From assembly GCA_965198225.1 (NCBI GenBank), contig CBDAOY010000004.1, positions 256,001 through 320,000 of the forward strand: a stretch of 64,000 nt of DNA. The letters run 5' to 3'. Positions within the stretch are counted from its first letter, which is position 1. Each line of letters starts with the position of its first letter. Under the pieces are notes generated by a model. The model saw only the letters and a program-made list of their open reading frames with translations. It did no database searches and was not told the origin of the DNA. This document shows positions 1-9,805 of this stretch, piece after piece. The stretch comes from Terriglobia bacterium (GTDB lineage Bacteria; Acidobacteriota; Terriglobia; 20CM-2-55-15). Made by a program: the position numbers and the translations under genes.

Positions 1-474
1 TCTGTTGCAATATCCCCGGTCAGTCAATGGATGTGTGAAGGTATCTTCGCGAACGTCGAGCTGAGTCGTGGAAAACTGCTGTCGTCTGACATTCGGTTGC
101 GACCAAACTGTCTAAAGTAAAACAACCTTTGTAACATAAGTGTCCAGCCCATTTCAGCACCGGATTGAGAACCAGCTGCGGGAAATCAAGTGACGAGTGG
201 CAAGTGACGAGTCGGAAAGCTACCGTGCGATTATTTCCTAAGGCACCACGGGGACTGATCACACGACTGACCTTTGTTAATAGATGCTCCCGCCTCTTGC
301 TCGTCACTTGTCACTCGTCACCTCTTCTTCTCACTTTTCCATTCCCTCCTCGTCGAAGCGGGTAGTAGCTACAAGAAAAACCAGACCCGGGTCTGATCTT
401 CTGACGAATCATCGCAGAAACTCTCGCCCCTGGGCGTTCCGTTCCGTGTGCGGAGGCCCGGGATGGAGGTGCTT

Positions 475-1074
475 ATGAGGGTCCGTATTCTTGGGGTCTG
501 TCTCGTGATCGTACTCACCGTCGTCGCCTGCGGCAAGAACGTGGACACCGTAAATCCGGCGCTCGAACCGACTTCAGTTCTCTATCCATTCGAACCGATA
601 CCGGTCGCCTCGTACGAAGGTATGGGGTTGGCCAAACACAAGGAACTACGGATCGCCCAGGAAATGGCGCGCAGCCAGGCGATGTCCGACCTCGGATCGA
701 ACATCTTCGACACCGTGACATCGCGCGTCAACGAGGTCATCAGCAGTCGTGAACGCTCATCCGTGTTCACGGCGGTTCGAAACCTCACGACCAGCGTGCC
801 GCTGGCCGGCAAGAAGTTCGTCGAGTACCGGATCGGCCAGAACACAGGAACCGTGTACTGCCGGATCTACATGGCCAAGAGCGAGGTCGACGGGTACCTG
901 ATGGACCGGCTCGTCAAGCTGAGCCAGCATCTCATCGACAACCCGATCAAGGAGCAGCTGACGAAGCAACTCTCCGGGCAGGGAGCAGTGAGCGCCGGCA
1001 TCCAGACGCTCACGCTGTTCCATGAACAGCAGTTGACCCGGGCCCGGGCGGAGAACGCGAAGAACAGGAATTGA
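475..1074 (+). CDS. Lipoprotein, LPP20-like domain
   Basis: GGAGG upstream of ATG 475; lipobox-like VVAC; A..MARSQAMSDL..I...V.S segment resembles LPP20-type proteins. Confidence 0.6.
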   Translation: MRVRILGVCLVIVLTVVACGKNVDTVNPALEPTSVLYPFEPIPVASYEGMGLAKHKELRIAQEMARSQAMSDLGSNIFDTVTSRVNEVISSRERSSVFTAVRNLTTSVPLAGKKFVEYRIGQNTGTVYCRIYMAKSEVDGYLMDRLVKLSQHLIDNPIKEQLTKQLSGQGAVSAGIQTLTLFHEQQLTRARAENAKNRN

Positions 1075-1098
1075 CCCGTCCCCGGGAAGGAGGCCGGC

Positions 1099-2415
1099 AT
1101 GAAATCGAGGTTTCTCCTGATGGCCAGCACCCTGTTGGTGGTTTCGTGTGCCGGAATTCGCCCCGTCCAACTCCAGCCGCCCACCGCGGTCCCTCCGGGC
1201 CTGCGGTGGGGTTACGGCGTGGAGAAGATTCGTGGCAAACCGGACCTCGCCCGCCGAAAGGCGTATTTGAGTGCCGTCGACGACCTCATCACTCGTAGTG
1301 GCCCTCTGATCGTGTCGAAGGTGGTTCACGACCGAACGTCAGTCGTCGACGACCAATCGGCGCGCCGGAATATGGAATCGACGTTCCGGCTGCGGGCTTC
1401 GAGCATCATCGAGCCCAGTTATCAGGACGGCGGAACCGAGGACGGCTTCTCCTGGGCGTTGGTCGCCACCACCGAAGCCGACATCGAACGGGGATGGCAG
1501 GATTTCCTTTCGTGGCGTCAGACGCGGATCGATGAAGCGGTCGAGCTATTCGAAGCGGCGGCCGGACCGACACGCCTGGGCTTCCTCGAGGCCTCTCTAC
1601 GGATCCTGGATGAGGTCGGCGCGCAGGATGACGCCGGGCTGATCTACTATCGTGTCAAGACCGCCCTGGATTCCGAACTTGCGCGGATCGCCGAGTTGGA
1701 ATCGCTCCGAAGACAGGTGCGGGAGTTGCTCGCGTCCGGCCAACTCGTGGGCGCTGATAAGACCCTGGATCGCGGCCTCCACTCCGGGCTGCCATCGGCC
1801 GACTACGAATCCCTGAAGTACCAGATCGCCAACCAGCGTGTCCGCGCCCTGTCGATCGCCCAGGCGGGAGACGCCCTATACGGCGAGGGGAAGTACAAGG
1901 AAGCCCTCGACCGTTACGGGGAGGCTCGACGCCTGGATATCGATCACCCGGGGATCGCCGGCAAGATCGCCAAGGCCGAAGCGTCCCACCGAACAGCCCG
2001 GTCCGAATCCCAACGCCGTTGGCTCGGCATCATCGGCTTCACGGCAACGCGTGCTATCGGAGAGTACTTCGAGCACAAGCAAAATGACGAATCAGAGGAG
2101 ACCGATGACGAAGAGGAGAAGGACTCGGAGCAACTGAAGAAGCCCGAGCAGGACGAGCGCGACGACGGAATTCCGGTGTGGATGAAGCGCACAGGAGTCC
2201 GCGTAGATGATGAGAGCTCCGAGCGGGCGGACGACGCCTCGGATGAGGAATCGAGGGACGACTCTGAATCCCAGGACGAAGACTCGGGAGACGACAACCC
2301 GGACAACGTCGGCACAGACGAGGAGGATACGACCGAAGAGGACAGGCCACCTACGGTCGAACCCGTTCTCCGGCGGATTCCCGCCAAGAGGGTCAAGAAA
2401 CCCGGGCCACATTGA
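1099..2415 (+). CDS. Lipoprotein with LPP20-like N-terminus, TPR and acidic disordered C-tail
   Basis: GGAGG RBS; LVVSC lipobox; TPR-like GDALYGEGKYKEALDRYGEA; long D/E-rich tail. Confidence 0.65.
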   Translation: MKSRFLLMASTLLVVSCAGIRPVQLQPPTAVPPGLRWGYGVEKIRGKPDLARRKAYLSAVDDLITRSGPLIVSKVVHDRTSVVDDQSARRNMESTFRLRASSIIEPSYQDGGTEDGFSWALVATTEADIERGWQDFLSWRQTRIDEAVELFEAAAGPTRLGFLEASLRILDEVGAQDDAGLIYYRVKTALDSELARIAELESLRRQVRELLASGQLVGADKTLDRGLHSGLPSADYESLKYQIANQRVRALSIAQAGDALYGEGKYKEALDRYGEARRLDIDHPGIAGKIAKAEASHRTARSESQRRWLGIIGFTATRAIGEYFEHKQNDESEETDDEEEKDSEQLKKPEQDERDDGIPVWMKRTGVRVDDESSERADDASDEESRDDSESQDEDSGDDNPDNVGTDEEDTTEEDRPPTVEPVLRRIPAKRVKKPGPH

Positions 2416-2535
2416 TCCACAATCCAGAACTGGATCGCGACCACCGACGGCCACCGAGTGGCCCTCATCCGACGACATCGGTGAGCCGGTCCCCAGCCGA
2501 ATAGAGCTTCCGCGGCGGGTGGTATACTCAGCCGC

Positions 2536-3105
2536 ATGAATGACGACCGTCATCGACTACTGGCGGTGCTTCGCGAGCAATCCCTTAAAATCGGCGACTT
2601 TACACTGACATCCGGCAAGAAGGCTTCCTACTACCTCGACTGCCGGACGACGACTCTGCACCCGCTCGGGGCACTGCTGACGGCCCGACTGATGCTCGAG
2701 ATTGTCCGGAAGCAAGGAATCGCAGCTGACGCGATCGGCGGTTTGACACTCGGTGCAGATCCGATCGTGGCCGCCGTGGCAGTAGTGAGCGAAATCGAGA
2801 AGGCGCCTCTTCCGGCGTTCATCGTGCGCAAGGAGAGCAAGGGTCACGGTGCAAGGCGGTTGATCGAAGGATGGCAAGGGGAGTCCGGGTCCCGCGTGAT
2901 TATTGTAGACGACGTGTGTACGACCGGCGGGTCCATCATCGAGGCGTGCGAAAAGGTCGAAGCCGCCGGCTACGAGGTCGCGGCCACGCTGTGCGTCGTC
3001 GACCGCGACGAAGGCGGCGCGGAGGCGATCCGGGCCAGCTACGAATTCCATCCGATATTCACCGCAAGGGATCTACTGGGTAACGGAGCCGGAGGGGGCG
3101 AATGA
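2536..3105 (+). CDS. pyrE: Orotate phosphoribosyltransferase
   Basis: GDFTLTSGKKASYYLD, RKESKGHG and PRPP-binding IVDDVCTTGGS motifs. Confidence 0.95.
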   Translation: MNDDRHRLLAVLREQSLKIGDFTLTSGKKASYYLDCRTTTLHPLGALLTARLMLEIVRKQGIAADAIGGLTLGADPIVAAVAVVSEIEKAPLPAFIVRKESKGHGARRLIEGWQGESGSRVIIVDDVCTTGGSIIEACEKVEAAGYEVAATLCVVDRDEGGAEAIRASYEFHPIFTARDLLGNGAGGGE

Positions 3106-3760
3106 CTTCCCGACGTATGACACTACTGCTTGCGGGGATCGTCGCCTTCGCCGCTCTGGTGATCTCGGCCTCCGTTCGTACTTCGGAAGGGTTCTTCCGG
3201 GCGAATCCAGGGTTGCGGGAGAGAGTTGAAGAGATTCCCTACTTTATCGGAGACGGTGCGAATGTCCCGGGTTTCGAAACTGCGGACCGAGGGCTGGCCC
3301 GTGCGGCCTTTGCCGCCTGGTCGCGCGAGAGCGAGGGTCGCCTGCGATTCATCGAAGCGGAATCCGAAGACGAAGCGCAGATCCGGCTGGTTTGGATCGC
3401 TGCCGATCAGGGACTGTTTGGGGAGATGCGTCGGTTTCAAGCGGGGGACAAGGTCGGAGCGTACGTGCACGTCATGCCGGATGTCACACAGTTGGGCCCC
3501 GAGCTGGCACGGCGTTCGAGGGAGGACCGCCTCCTGCGCGACACGATCGTCTACCTGACCTGTGTCCACGAACTGGGGCACGCGGTCGGATTGGACCACA
3601 CCCGCAACTTCGCCGACATCATGTACTCGTTCGGATTCGCGGAAATCTCGTGGAGTACTTCCTTCGCTACCGCCGGCTTTTGAACAGCCCCGACGACATC
3701 CGCAAGCATTCCGGACTGTCTCCCAGCGACGTCCAGGTGCTCCGGAACCTCTATCAGTAA
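3102..3760 (+). CDS. Matrixin-family (M10-like) zinc metalloprotease, frameshifted near 3639
   Basis: HELGHAVGLDH zinc motif and Met-turn IMY; C-terminus continues in another frame (GNLVEYFLRYRR...LSPSDVQVLRNLYQ) to stop 3760; ATGA overlap with pyrE. Confidence 0.75.
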
Positions 3761-3800
3761 CCGCGTTCCCCGCACTCACAGGCTGCTGGCCCCAAGAATC

Positions 3801-3925
3801 CTAACCACGGAGGCACGGAGGCGCCGAGCAGGACGTATTCTCTGGTGATCCGCTGACCTCGTGTATTGAAAAGGCGGCTGGTTCTGGCCGCAGAGGTCTC
3901 CGTGCCTCTGTGCCTCCGTGGTTAG
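3801..3925. repeat. Inverted-repeat element of the ACCACGGAGGCACGGAG family
   Basis: ctaaccacggaggcacggag ... ctctgtgcctccgtggttag inverted pair; related copies at 41066, 44504, 54735 and 57431. Confidence 0.8.
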
Positions 3926-3944
3926 TCTTTTCTTCGGCAGCCGG

Positions 3945-4685
3945 CTAGTTCCGCTTCTTGAGTTTCTCGACCAAGTCAGCCTGAGACCGAACTCCGAGTT
4001 TGATGAAGATCGACTTGAGGTGGTTCCGGACAGTATTCGGCGCCAGCTTCAGGGTGTTGGCGATCGTGCGGACCCGGTCCCCCGTGACGATGGCTCGGAG
4101 AACCTCCGTTTCCCTCCTGGTCAGCGACTTGAAGCCTGCCAGTTCACTGGGATTGAGTCGATCGACCTGAAAGCTCCGGTCCATGCCGATCAAGGCGAGT
4201 TCGGATGCGATACGGTGCAGGGCGCTTTCCATCCGCGCGACCCGCGTACGCATCTGATCCGTCTCATCTGCCCGGGCTCCGTTTCCCGACGAAACGGGCG
4301 GTTTCCGTTCGGTGATGTCTTCGATGATTCCTTCGGTATAGCGCAGTTTGTCCTGCGCATCGAAGGTCGCCCGCCCTCGAATCGACACCAGGATGGTCGT
4401 CCCGTCCTGCCGCCGCAAGGCACTTTCGAAAACCGGCAGCGGACCGTCTCGCTCCACCGCCGCGATCCTGTCCAGCCTCTCCTGAGGATTCACGTAAAGG
4501 TCGGCTCCGATGTCCTGGACACGAGACATCAAATCATCCGGATCCTGATACCCGAGCATCTCGGCTAGCGCCTGATTGACGGCCAGGAGGCGGCCGTCCG
4601 GTGTCGACCGATAGAAACCGACCACCGCGTTCTCGAAGAAGTCCCGGTAGATATCCTCTGTTGCTGTCACCTCTCCTCCAATCAT
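3945..4685 (-). CDS. PAS-domain plus LuxR HTH transcriptional regulator
   Basis: PAS (FENAVVGFYRSTPDGRLLAVNQA...EDITERK) and LuxR HTH (LTRRETEVL...TVRNHLKSIFIKLGV). Confidence 0.9.
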   Translation of the reverse strand: MIGGEVTATEDIYRDFFENAVVGFYRSTPDGRLLAVNQALAEMLGYQDPDDLMSRVQDIGADLYVNPQERLDRIAAVERDGPLPVFESALRRQDGTTILVSIRGRATFDAQDKLRYTEGIIEDITERKPPVSSGNGARADETDQMRTRVARMESALHRIASELALIGMDRSFQVDRLNPSELAGFKSLTRRETEVLRAIVTGDRVRTIANTLKLAPNTVRNHLKSIFIKLGVRSQADLVEKLKKRN

Positions 4686-4826
4686 GAGCAGAATTACACC
4701 ATGATTGAAACTGGCCGGTCATCGGAGCCTGGTCCCATTCGGACTGGCAAACTTCGGCCTTTCCAATGGCAGAATTTAGCCAGTCCGGACAACGAAATGG
4801 GCTGAGTCTATGAGATCGATAGGCTT

Positions 4827-5756
4827 TCAGAGGATTTTCTCGAGATCGAGATTGCCTCCCGAAATAATTGCGACCATTGACCCAGTCCCGGCGATCTTGC
4901 CCGCGCGGAACGCTGCCACCGTTACGGCAGCGGCACCCTCGGCCAGGACCTTTTCCTGGAAGAGCAGGACACGGATCGCCTCGCGGATTTCGTCTTCGGT
5001 GACCGTCACCACATCGTCGAGATAGTTTTGGATGAGGTCGAAGGTCATCGAGCCGGCCTCGACGTTGCCTTGAATGCCGTCGGCCAGCGTCGGCTGATCC
5101 GGAATCGTGACCAGCTTTCCTTTCTTGAGAGAATGGTAGATCGCCGCCGACGCGTCGGCCTGTACCCCGACGATCCGGACCGAAGGGCGCAGTTGCTTCA
5201 TCGCCGCCCCGACACCGGCGGCGAGGCCGCCGCCTCCGATCGGGACGATGATGTGGGTGAGGTCAGGCTGTTGCTCGATCAACTCCAGAGCCAGAGTCCC
5301 CTGGCCAAGGATGACGTCGCGGTCGTTGTAGGGTGAGACGAAAACCCAACGGTTCTCCTCTTCCGCCAGGCTCAGGGTGTACGCTTCTGCTTCATCATAG
5401 GTGGAACCTTCGATGACGAGATCGATCCCGTAGGAGCGGATGGCGTCGACCTTCGCTTTTGGGGCAGCCTCGGGGACGACGACCGTGCATGACTGACCGA
5501 GGACCGATGCGGCGCGTGCCACGGCCTGGCCGTGGTTGCCGGCCGACACCGTCAGAACCGCCCGTTGATCCCCGGCCCGCCGAAGCTCCAGCATCCGGCT
5601 GAAAGCGCCGCGAACCTTGAACGAGTGCGTGTACTGAAGATTCTCGAGCTTCAGGTGCAGACCCGGCCACTCGGTCTCCACCACCGGCGTCCTGCGGATG
5701 TAAGCTTGTATCCGGGCCCGCGTCCTGCGGAAATCACTGAGTCTCATCTCCGTCAT
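4827..5756 (-). CDS. PLP-dependent threonine/serine dehydratase (no regulatory domain)
   Basis: KLENLQYTHSFKVRGA, SAGNHGQ, IGGGGL and SGGN motifs; start placed at MTEM. Confidence 0.9.
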   Translation of the reverse strand: MTEMRLSDFRRTRARIQAYIRRTPVVETEWPGLHLKLENLQYTHSFKVRGAFSRMLELRRAGDQRAVLTVSAGNHGQAVARAASVLGQSCTVVVPEAAPKAKVDAIRSYGIDLVIEGSTYDEAEAYTLSLAEEENRWVFVSPYNDRDVILGQGTLALELIEQQPDLTHIIVPIGGGGLAAGVGAAMKQLRPSVRIVGVQADASAAIYHSLKKGKLVTIPDQPTLADGIQGNVEAGSMTFDLIQNYLDDVVTVTEDEIREAIRVLLFQEKVLAEGAAAVTVAAFRAGKIAGTGSMVAIISGGNLDLEKIL

Positions 5757-5809
5757 GGCCACTGAGTCTACCGCATCAAACACCTGCCGACGTTTCTGCC
5801 TAACCGACC

Positions 5810-5844
5810 CCCGGGGACAGGGCCATGCCCCTGTCCCCCTCACA
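5810..5844. repeat. GGGGACAG...CTGTCCCC palindromic repeat
   Basis: ggggacagggccatgcccctgtcccc; near-identical copy at 62427-62461; related copy at 15720-15751. Confidence 0.8.
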
Positions 5845-5882
5845 CGGTTCATATCGCGACACGTAAACGAGGTCGGTCTCCG

Positions 5883-6047
5883 GATTGCAAATTGCGGTAT
5901 TTAAAGAATCCACATTGCAGGTTGCCCATTTGGAAATTGCTTCATCTCAGATTTTTTTCAACCCCGAAGCTCCGAACGATAACGAAATCGAGCAATCTCG
6001 AATTTCCAACTTCCGATGCGGATTTGTCCATTAACCAATTTGCGATA
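5883..6047. repeat. AT-rich imperfect inverted-repeat element (units A then B)
   Basis: Both units recur at 22035-22180 in swapped order. Confidence 0.65.
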
Positions 6048-6117
6048 GCTCGGGTGTCCGTTAGGTGGGAGTGTTGGGGAACGACGGTCCTCAGGCCATT
6101 GTGCTAGAGTGCCCCGC

Positions 6118-7371
6118 ATGTCGCTGGCTGCCCTTTCGATCCTCGCGTTCGCAATCTGTATCGTCCTGAGCTGCGTGACGGCGATCAACGTGGGGATGGT
6201 TTCGATCGCCTTCGCGTTCATCGTCGGCGTCTTCTTCGGTGGCATGAGCGTGCGCGAGGTCGCGGCCGGCTTTCCTTCGAATCTGTTTCTGATCCTGGTC
6301 GGCGTGACGCTGCTCTTCAGCATGGCCGCCGTCAACGGGACGCTGGAGAAGCTGGCGCGTCGAAGCGTACATCTCGCGCGTGGGCGTGTGGGTGTCATCC
6401 CGGTGGTGTTCTTCGGGCTCTCCGCGTTCCTGGCCGCGATCGGGGCAGGAAACATCGCCGCCACCGCGCTGCTGGCCCCGATGGCCATGGCCGTCGCACA
6501 GCGGGTAGGGGTGAGCGCCTTCCTGATGACGATTGTCGTCGCCACGGGCGCCAACGCCGGCGGGCTGTCGCCGATCGCCCCGACCGGGGTCGTCGCGAAC
6601 GCGCTGCTGGCGCGTATGGACATCGTCGGCCAGGAGTTCAGCACGTTTGCGAACAACTTCACAGCCCAGGCGTTCGTCGGGCTTTCCGGATACCTCGTGT
6701 TCGGCGGCTATCGACTCCTGCGCTCAGGAGCGTCTGTGGGTGCAGGCGCGTCCGAATCCGCAGAGGACGATAGTCTGACCCTCCATCAGAAACTCACCGT
6801 TGCGGCCATAGCCGTACTCGTGGTGTCGGTCGTGTTCTTTGGCACCAACGTTGGAATGGGTGCCTTCATCGCCGCGGCGTTCCTGACACTCCTCCGGTCC
6901 GCGGACGAAGGCGCCGCGATCAAGGCCATGCCCTGGCACGCGATCATGATGGTCAGCGGGGTCACCGTCTTGATCGCCATCCTGCAGCAGACGGGAGGGA
7001 TGGACCTGTTCACGGCGGCGATCGCCCGCTTCTCGAATGCCACGACAGTGACCGGGACGATCGCGTTCATCACGGGCCTGATTTCGGCCTACAGTAGCTC
7101 GTCCGGCGTGGTCCTGCCCGCGTTCCTGCCCACGATCCCGACGCTGATCGAACAACTCGGCGGCGGGGATCCCATCGCCATCGCCGCATCGATCAACGTC
7201 GGGGCGCACATGGTCGACGTCTCTCCGCTTTCGACCCTCGGCGCCATCTGCATCGCCAGCGCTCCGGCGACGGAGAACCGCACGAGGCTGTTCAACAAAC
7301 TGCTGGCGTGGGGTTTGTCGATGAGTGTAGTTGGCGCACTCGTCTGTTATGTCTTCTTTGGACTTCTATGA
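6118..7371 (+). CDS. SLC13/CitM-like (IT superfamily) dicarboxylate permease
   Basis: About 12 hydrophobic segments; GANAGGLSPIAPTG and DVSPLSTLGA motifs. Confidence 0.85.
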   Translation: MSLAALSILAFAICIVLSCVTAINVGMVSIAFAFIVGVFFGGMSVREVAAGFPSNLFLILVGVTLLFSMAAVNGTLEKLARRSVHLARGRVGVIPVVFFGLSAFLAAIGAGNIAATALLAPMAMAVAQRVGVSAFLMTIVVATGANAGGLSPIAPTGVVANALLARMDIVGQEFSTFANNFTAQAFVGLSGYLVFGGYRLLRSGASVGAGASESAEDDSLTLHQKLTVAAIAVLVVSVVFFGTNVGMGAFIAAAFLTLLRSADEGAAIKAMPWHAIMMVSGVTVLIAILQQTGGMDLFTAAIARFSNATTVTGTIAFITGLISAYSSSSGVVLPAFLPTIPTLIEQLGGGDPIAIAASINVGAHMVDVSPLSTLGAICIASAPATENRTRLFNKLLAWGLSMSVVGALVCYVFFGLL

Positions 7372-7429
7372 GGAGGAAAGAACCACCGGGTACGACAGGT
7401 TATAGGGACAGCCAACATAACTGCTCGAA

Positions 7430-7933
7430 ATGAGGAGGCCGACCGTGACGCGGATCAAACTGGCACATATCGTATGGGGGGGGCTGCTCGCAGGTGTGGT
7501 CATCAACACCTCTGAGTTCGTCGTGAACTTCTTCGTTCTTGGCGACGAGTGGATCAACAGCCCCGCGGAATCCACCGAAGTCGAGGATTCTTCGGAATCA
7601 GATAGTCAAACTGTGATGACAGGTGGACAGATCGCGGCGCTGAACCTCTGGGGCTTCCTCGTCGGTCTTACCGCCCTATGGCTCTATGCCTCCATCAGGC
7701 CGCGTTATGGTCCAGGACCGAAGACCGCGATGTTCGCCGGAACTGCGGTGTGGGCACTGGCTTCTCTCTTGCCCGCGGTGAGACCCACCATCGGGGAGGG
7801 CTTTTCGACCGATGCTATCGTCATCAGCGTTGTCATGGGTCTGGCCGCGATCAATCTCGGCACGATGCTCGGAGCCTGGCAGTATCGGGAGGACGAAGCC
7901 GGAGTCACGGACGGTGGCGCCTCCGAGAGCTGA
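7430..7933 (+). CDS. Hypothetical membrane protein (about 4 TM)
   Basis: GGLLAGVVIN...WLYASIRPRYGPGPKTA hydrophobic pattern; start may be GTG 7446. Confidence 0.7.
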   Translation: MRRPTVTRIKLAHIVWGGLLAGVVINTSEFVVNFFVLGDEWINSPAESTEVEDSSESDSQTVMTGGQIAALNLWGFLVGLTALWLYASIRPRYGPGPKTAMFAGTAVWALASLLPAVRPTIGEGFSTDAIVISVVMGLAAINLGTMLGAWQYREDEAGVTDGGASES

Positions 7934-7942
7934 GGGTTCACG

Positions 7943-8542
7943 ATGGATCGACTCCAATTCCGCATTGCGGGCCTGACCCGCCGTCGGGCGAGGCGCTTCC
8001 AACAGCTCACGCGGCCGGCTGCGATCCAGCCTGTCCCCCTGGCGACAATCGGACTGGGGGCCAAGGGCCTCATTCTTGCGCCGTTGATCGTCGTGGCTGC
8101 TTCGGGGCTGTTTGAACCGACCCCCGTCCTTGTCGCACCCGGCATGCCGATTCGGGCGCGGGAAGTCATTGTGCTGCGCGACACAAGCGGTTCCATGGAC
8201 GACTTCGTTCCACAAACACAAACGGCGTTGAACAGGCTTCGCGCGACCGGGCGGTGGGATGGGACTTGGGTTGAGATCTTCGGTTCTGCAGACGGGATTC
8301 TGGAAAAGATCACTAGCGAATTGGCCGATCAGCCCGGCGCTGATGCCGTCTGGATCGTATCCGACTTCCACGACGGGACTGACCTAGTCAACGGTGAGGA
8401 CACCAGACGCTACGACCAACTGCTCCGCCTGCTTCTCGACAGAAGGGTCCGGCTCTACCTCAGTACGGTGAGCCGCGAACCTCCCCCCGATCAGATTCAG
8501 GCGGCCCTGCGATCACACGGAAGCTGGCGCAAGTTCGAGTAG
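7943..8542 (+). CDS. Membrane-anchored VWA-like protein
   Basis: MIDAS-like DTSGSM and later IVSD; N-terminal TM helix. Confidence 0.6.
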   Translation: MDRLQFRIAGLTRRRARRFQQLTRPAAIQPVPLATIGLGAKGLILAPLIVVAASGLFEPTPVLVAPGMPIRAREVIVLRDTSGSMDDFVPQTQTALNRLRATGRWDGTWVEIFGSADGILEKITSELADQPGADAVWIVSDFHDGTDLVNGEDTRRYDQLLRLLLDRRVRLYLSTVSREPPPDQIQAALRSHGSWRKFE

Positions 8543-8586
8543 CCCTCGCCGTGAACTGACATCGTGACTCTAAGGAGGTGTAACCC

Positions 8587-9049
8587 ATGGACTTCGACCC
8601 CATACGCGCCATTGCCATGATCCTGATCGGGTCGTTCGCGATCGACCGCGTCGTTACCGGGCTTTTCTTCCTGCTCTCCTACGATCCCGACCTGCGCAAG
8701 TCGTTGGATCCGTCGTCGGTCACGGATCCCCGGGAGCAGGCCGAGGCGATGAGGAACTACAAGTTGCTCTACGCCATTCTCGGAGGGTATCTGGGCACCG
8801 TCGTCATTGCCGGCTACATGAACATCCGGCTCTTTGCCTCGACGGTGGTACCCGGTAGCGAGTTCATCGGAGACTATCCCCTGCTCGACATCTTCCTGAC
8901 CGGCCTGGTTCTGCTCGGCGGAGCCGATCGCCTGGCGGAGGCCCTGAAGATGCTCGGTGGTTCGGGGGTTCCCGCTAGCAGGATACTCCGCTCGAGATCA
9001 GCGGAAAGCTGGTCGTGGAGCAGTCGACGACGCGAAGCGACAACGCCTA
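8587..9049 (+). CDS. Hypothetical membrane protein, probably frameshifted near 8978
   Basis: AAGGAGG RBS; 3 TM segments; alternative frame gives a plausible C-terminus QDTPLEISGKLVVEQSTTRSDNA* that avoids overlap with the opposite-strand gene. Confidence 0.6.
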
Positions 9050-9063
9050 GTCGAGACAGTTTT

Positions 9064-9650
9064 CTATTCTCCCGACTTGCCCGACTTGCCGGATTTGTCC
9101 GATTTGCCGGATTTCGCTGACTTGCCCGACTTGTCTGATTTGCCGGACTTGCCCGATTTTTCCGACTTATCCGATTTGGCCGACTTGTCGGACTTCTCCG
9201 ACCGGCCGTCGATCGCGGCAGTGACGCTTTCGGTTCCCCGGTCATCGCCGACGATCAGCGTGATTTCTGCTGGATTGACCGCAAAAAATCACCCGCATTC
9301 AGCCCGCCGGTAAAGCCTCCTTGAGTATTGGATATTTTCTGCTCCGAAGCGACCGTTCCGTTGGCGTTCATGAAGAGGATCCAGACTGCGCCGCTTTGTG
9401 GACCAAGGTCATCGTCGTTGTTTGCTCCCACCGCCAGATCCGTGACACCGTCGCCATTCAGGTCGCCGAGGTTCGCCACCGAGGCACCAAAAGCGTCGAA
9501 GTCGTCCAGCGTTCCAACGAAGTTTCCCGCTAAATCCGATATCTTTTGTTGCGAACTTACCGTCGTTGCGGCCTCCGCCCACCTGGTGGTTCCTGCCACA
9601 AGCATTCCTGTCACCAACACCGCTGCTGCCACAGTTTCTGCGCGCTTCAT
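9064..9650 (-). pseudogene. FG-GAP (integrin-like beta-propeller) secreted protein with internal deletion or frameshift and an xKS-repeat tail
   Basis: Signal peptide and one FG-GAP repeat (FGASVANLGDLNGDGVTDLAVGA); breaks at GDF near 9282, then another frame reads NPAEITLIVGDDRG...(xKS)14-GE-stop. Confidence 0.65.
9070..9200 (-). repeat. Degenerate 9-bp tandem repeat encoding (E/D/A/G)-K-S x14
   Basis: Minus-strand translation SEKSDKSAKSDKSEKSGKSGKSDKSGKSAKSGKSDKSGKSGKSGE; K and S codons vary synonymously. Confidence 0.85.
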
Positions 9651-9805
9651 GACACCCTCCCGGACCTTTTTGGTGCCCTACTCTACATCCGTGCCTTCGC
9701 AACCGGACAAAAAAAGCTCTTCGGGGATTGTCATTGTGGCGCGATCTTCTCCCTCAGCCCCATGTGGCCTGATTCCTTAATTAGATTAACGGCGAGAAAC
9801 CGCTT

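Noticed and set aside
8957-9313. + strand ORF with (PDL/SDL)n repeat
   Set aside because: It is the reverse complement of the xKS repeat; the minus frame shows synonymous variation and links to a real gene
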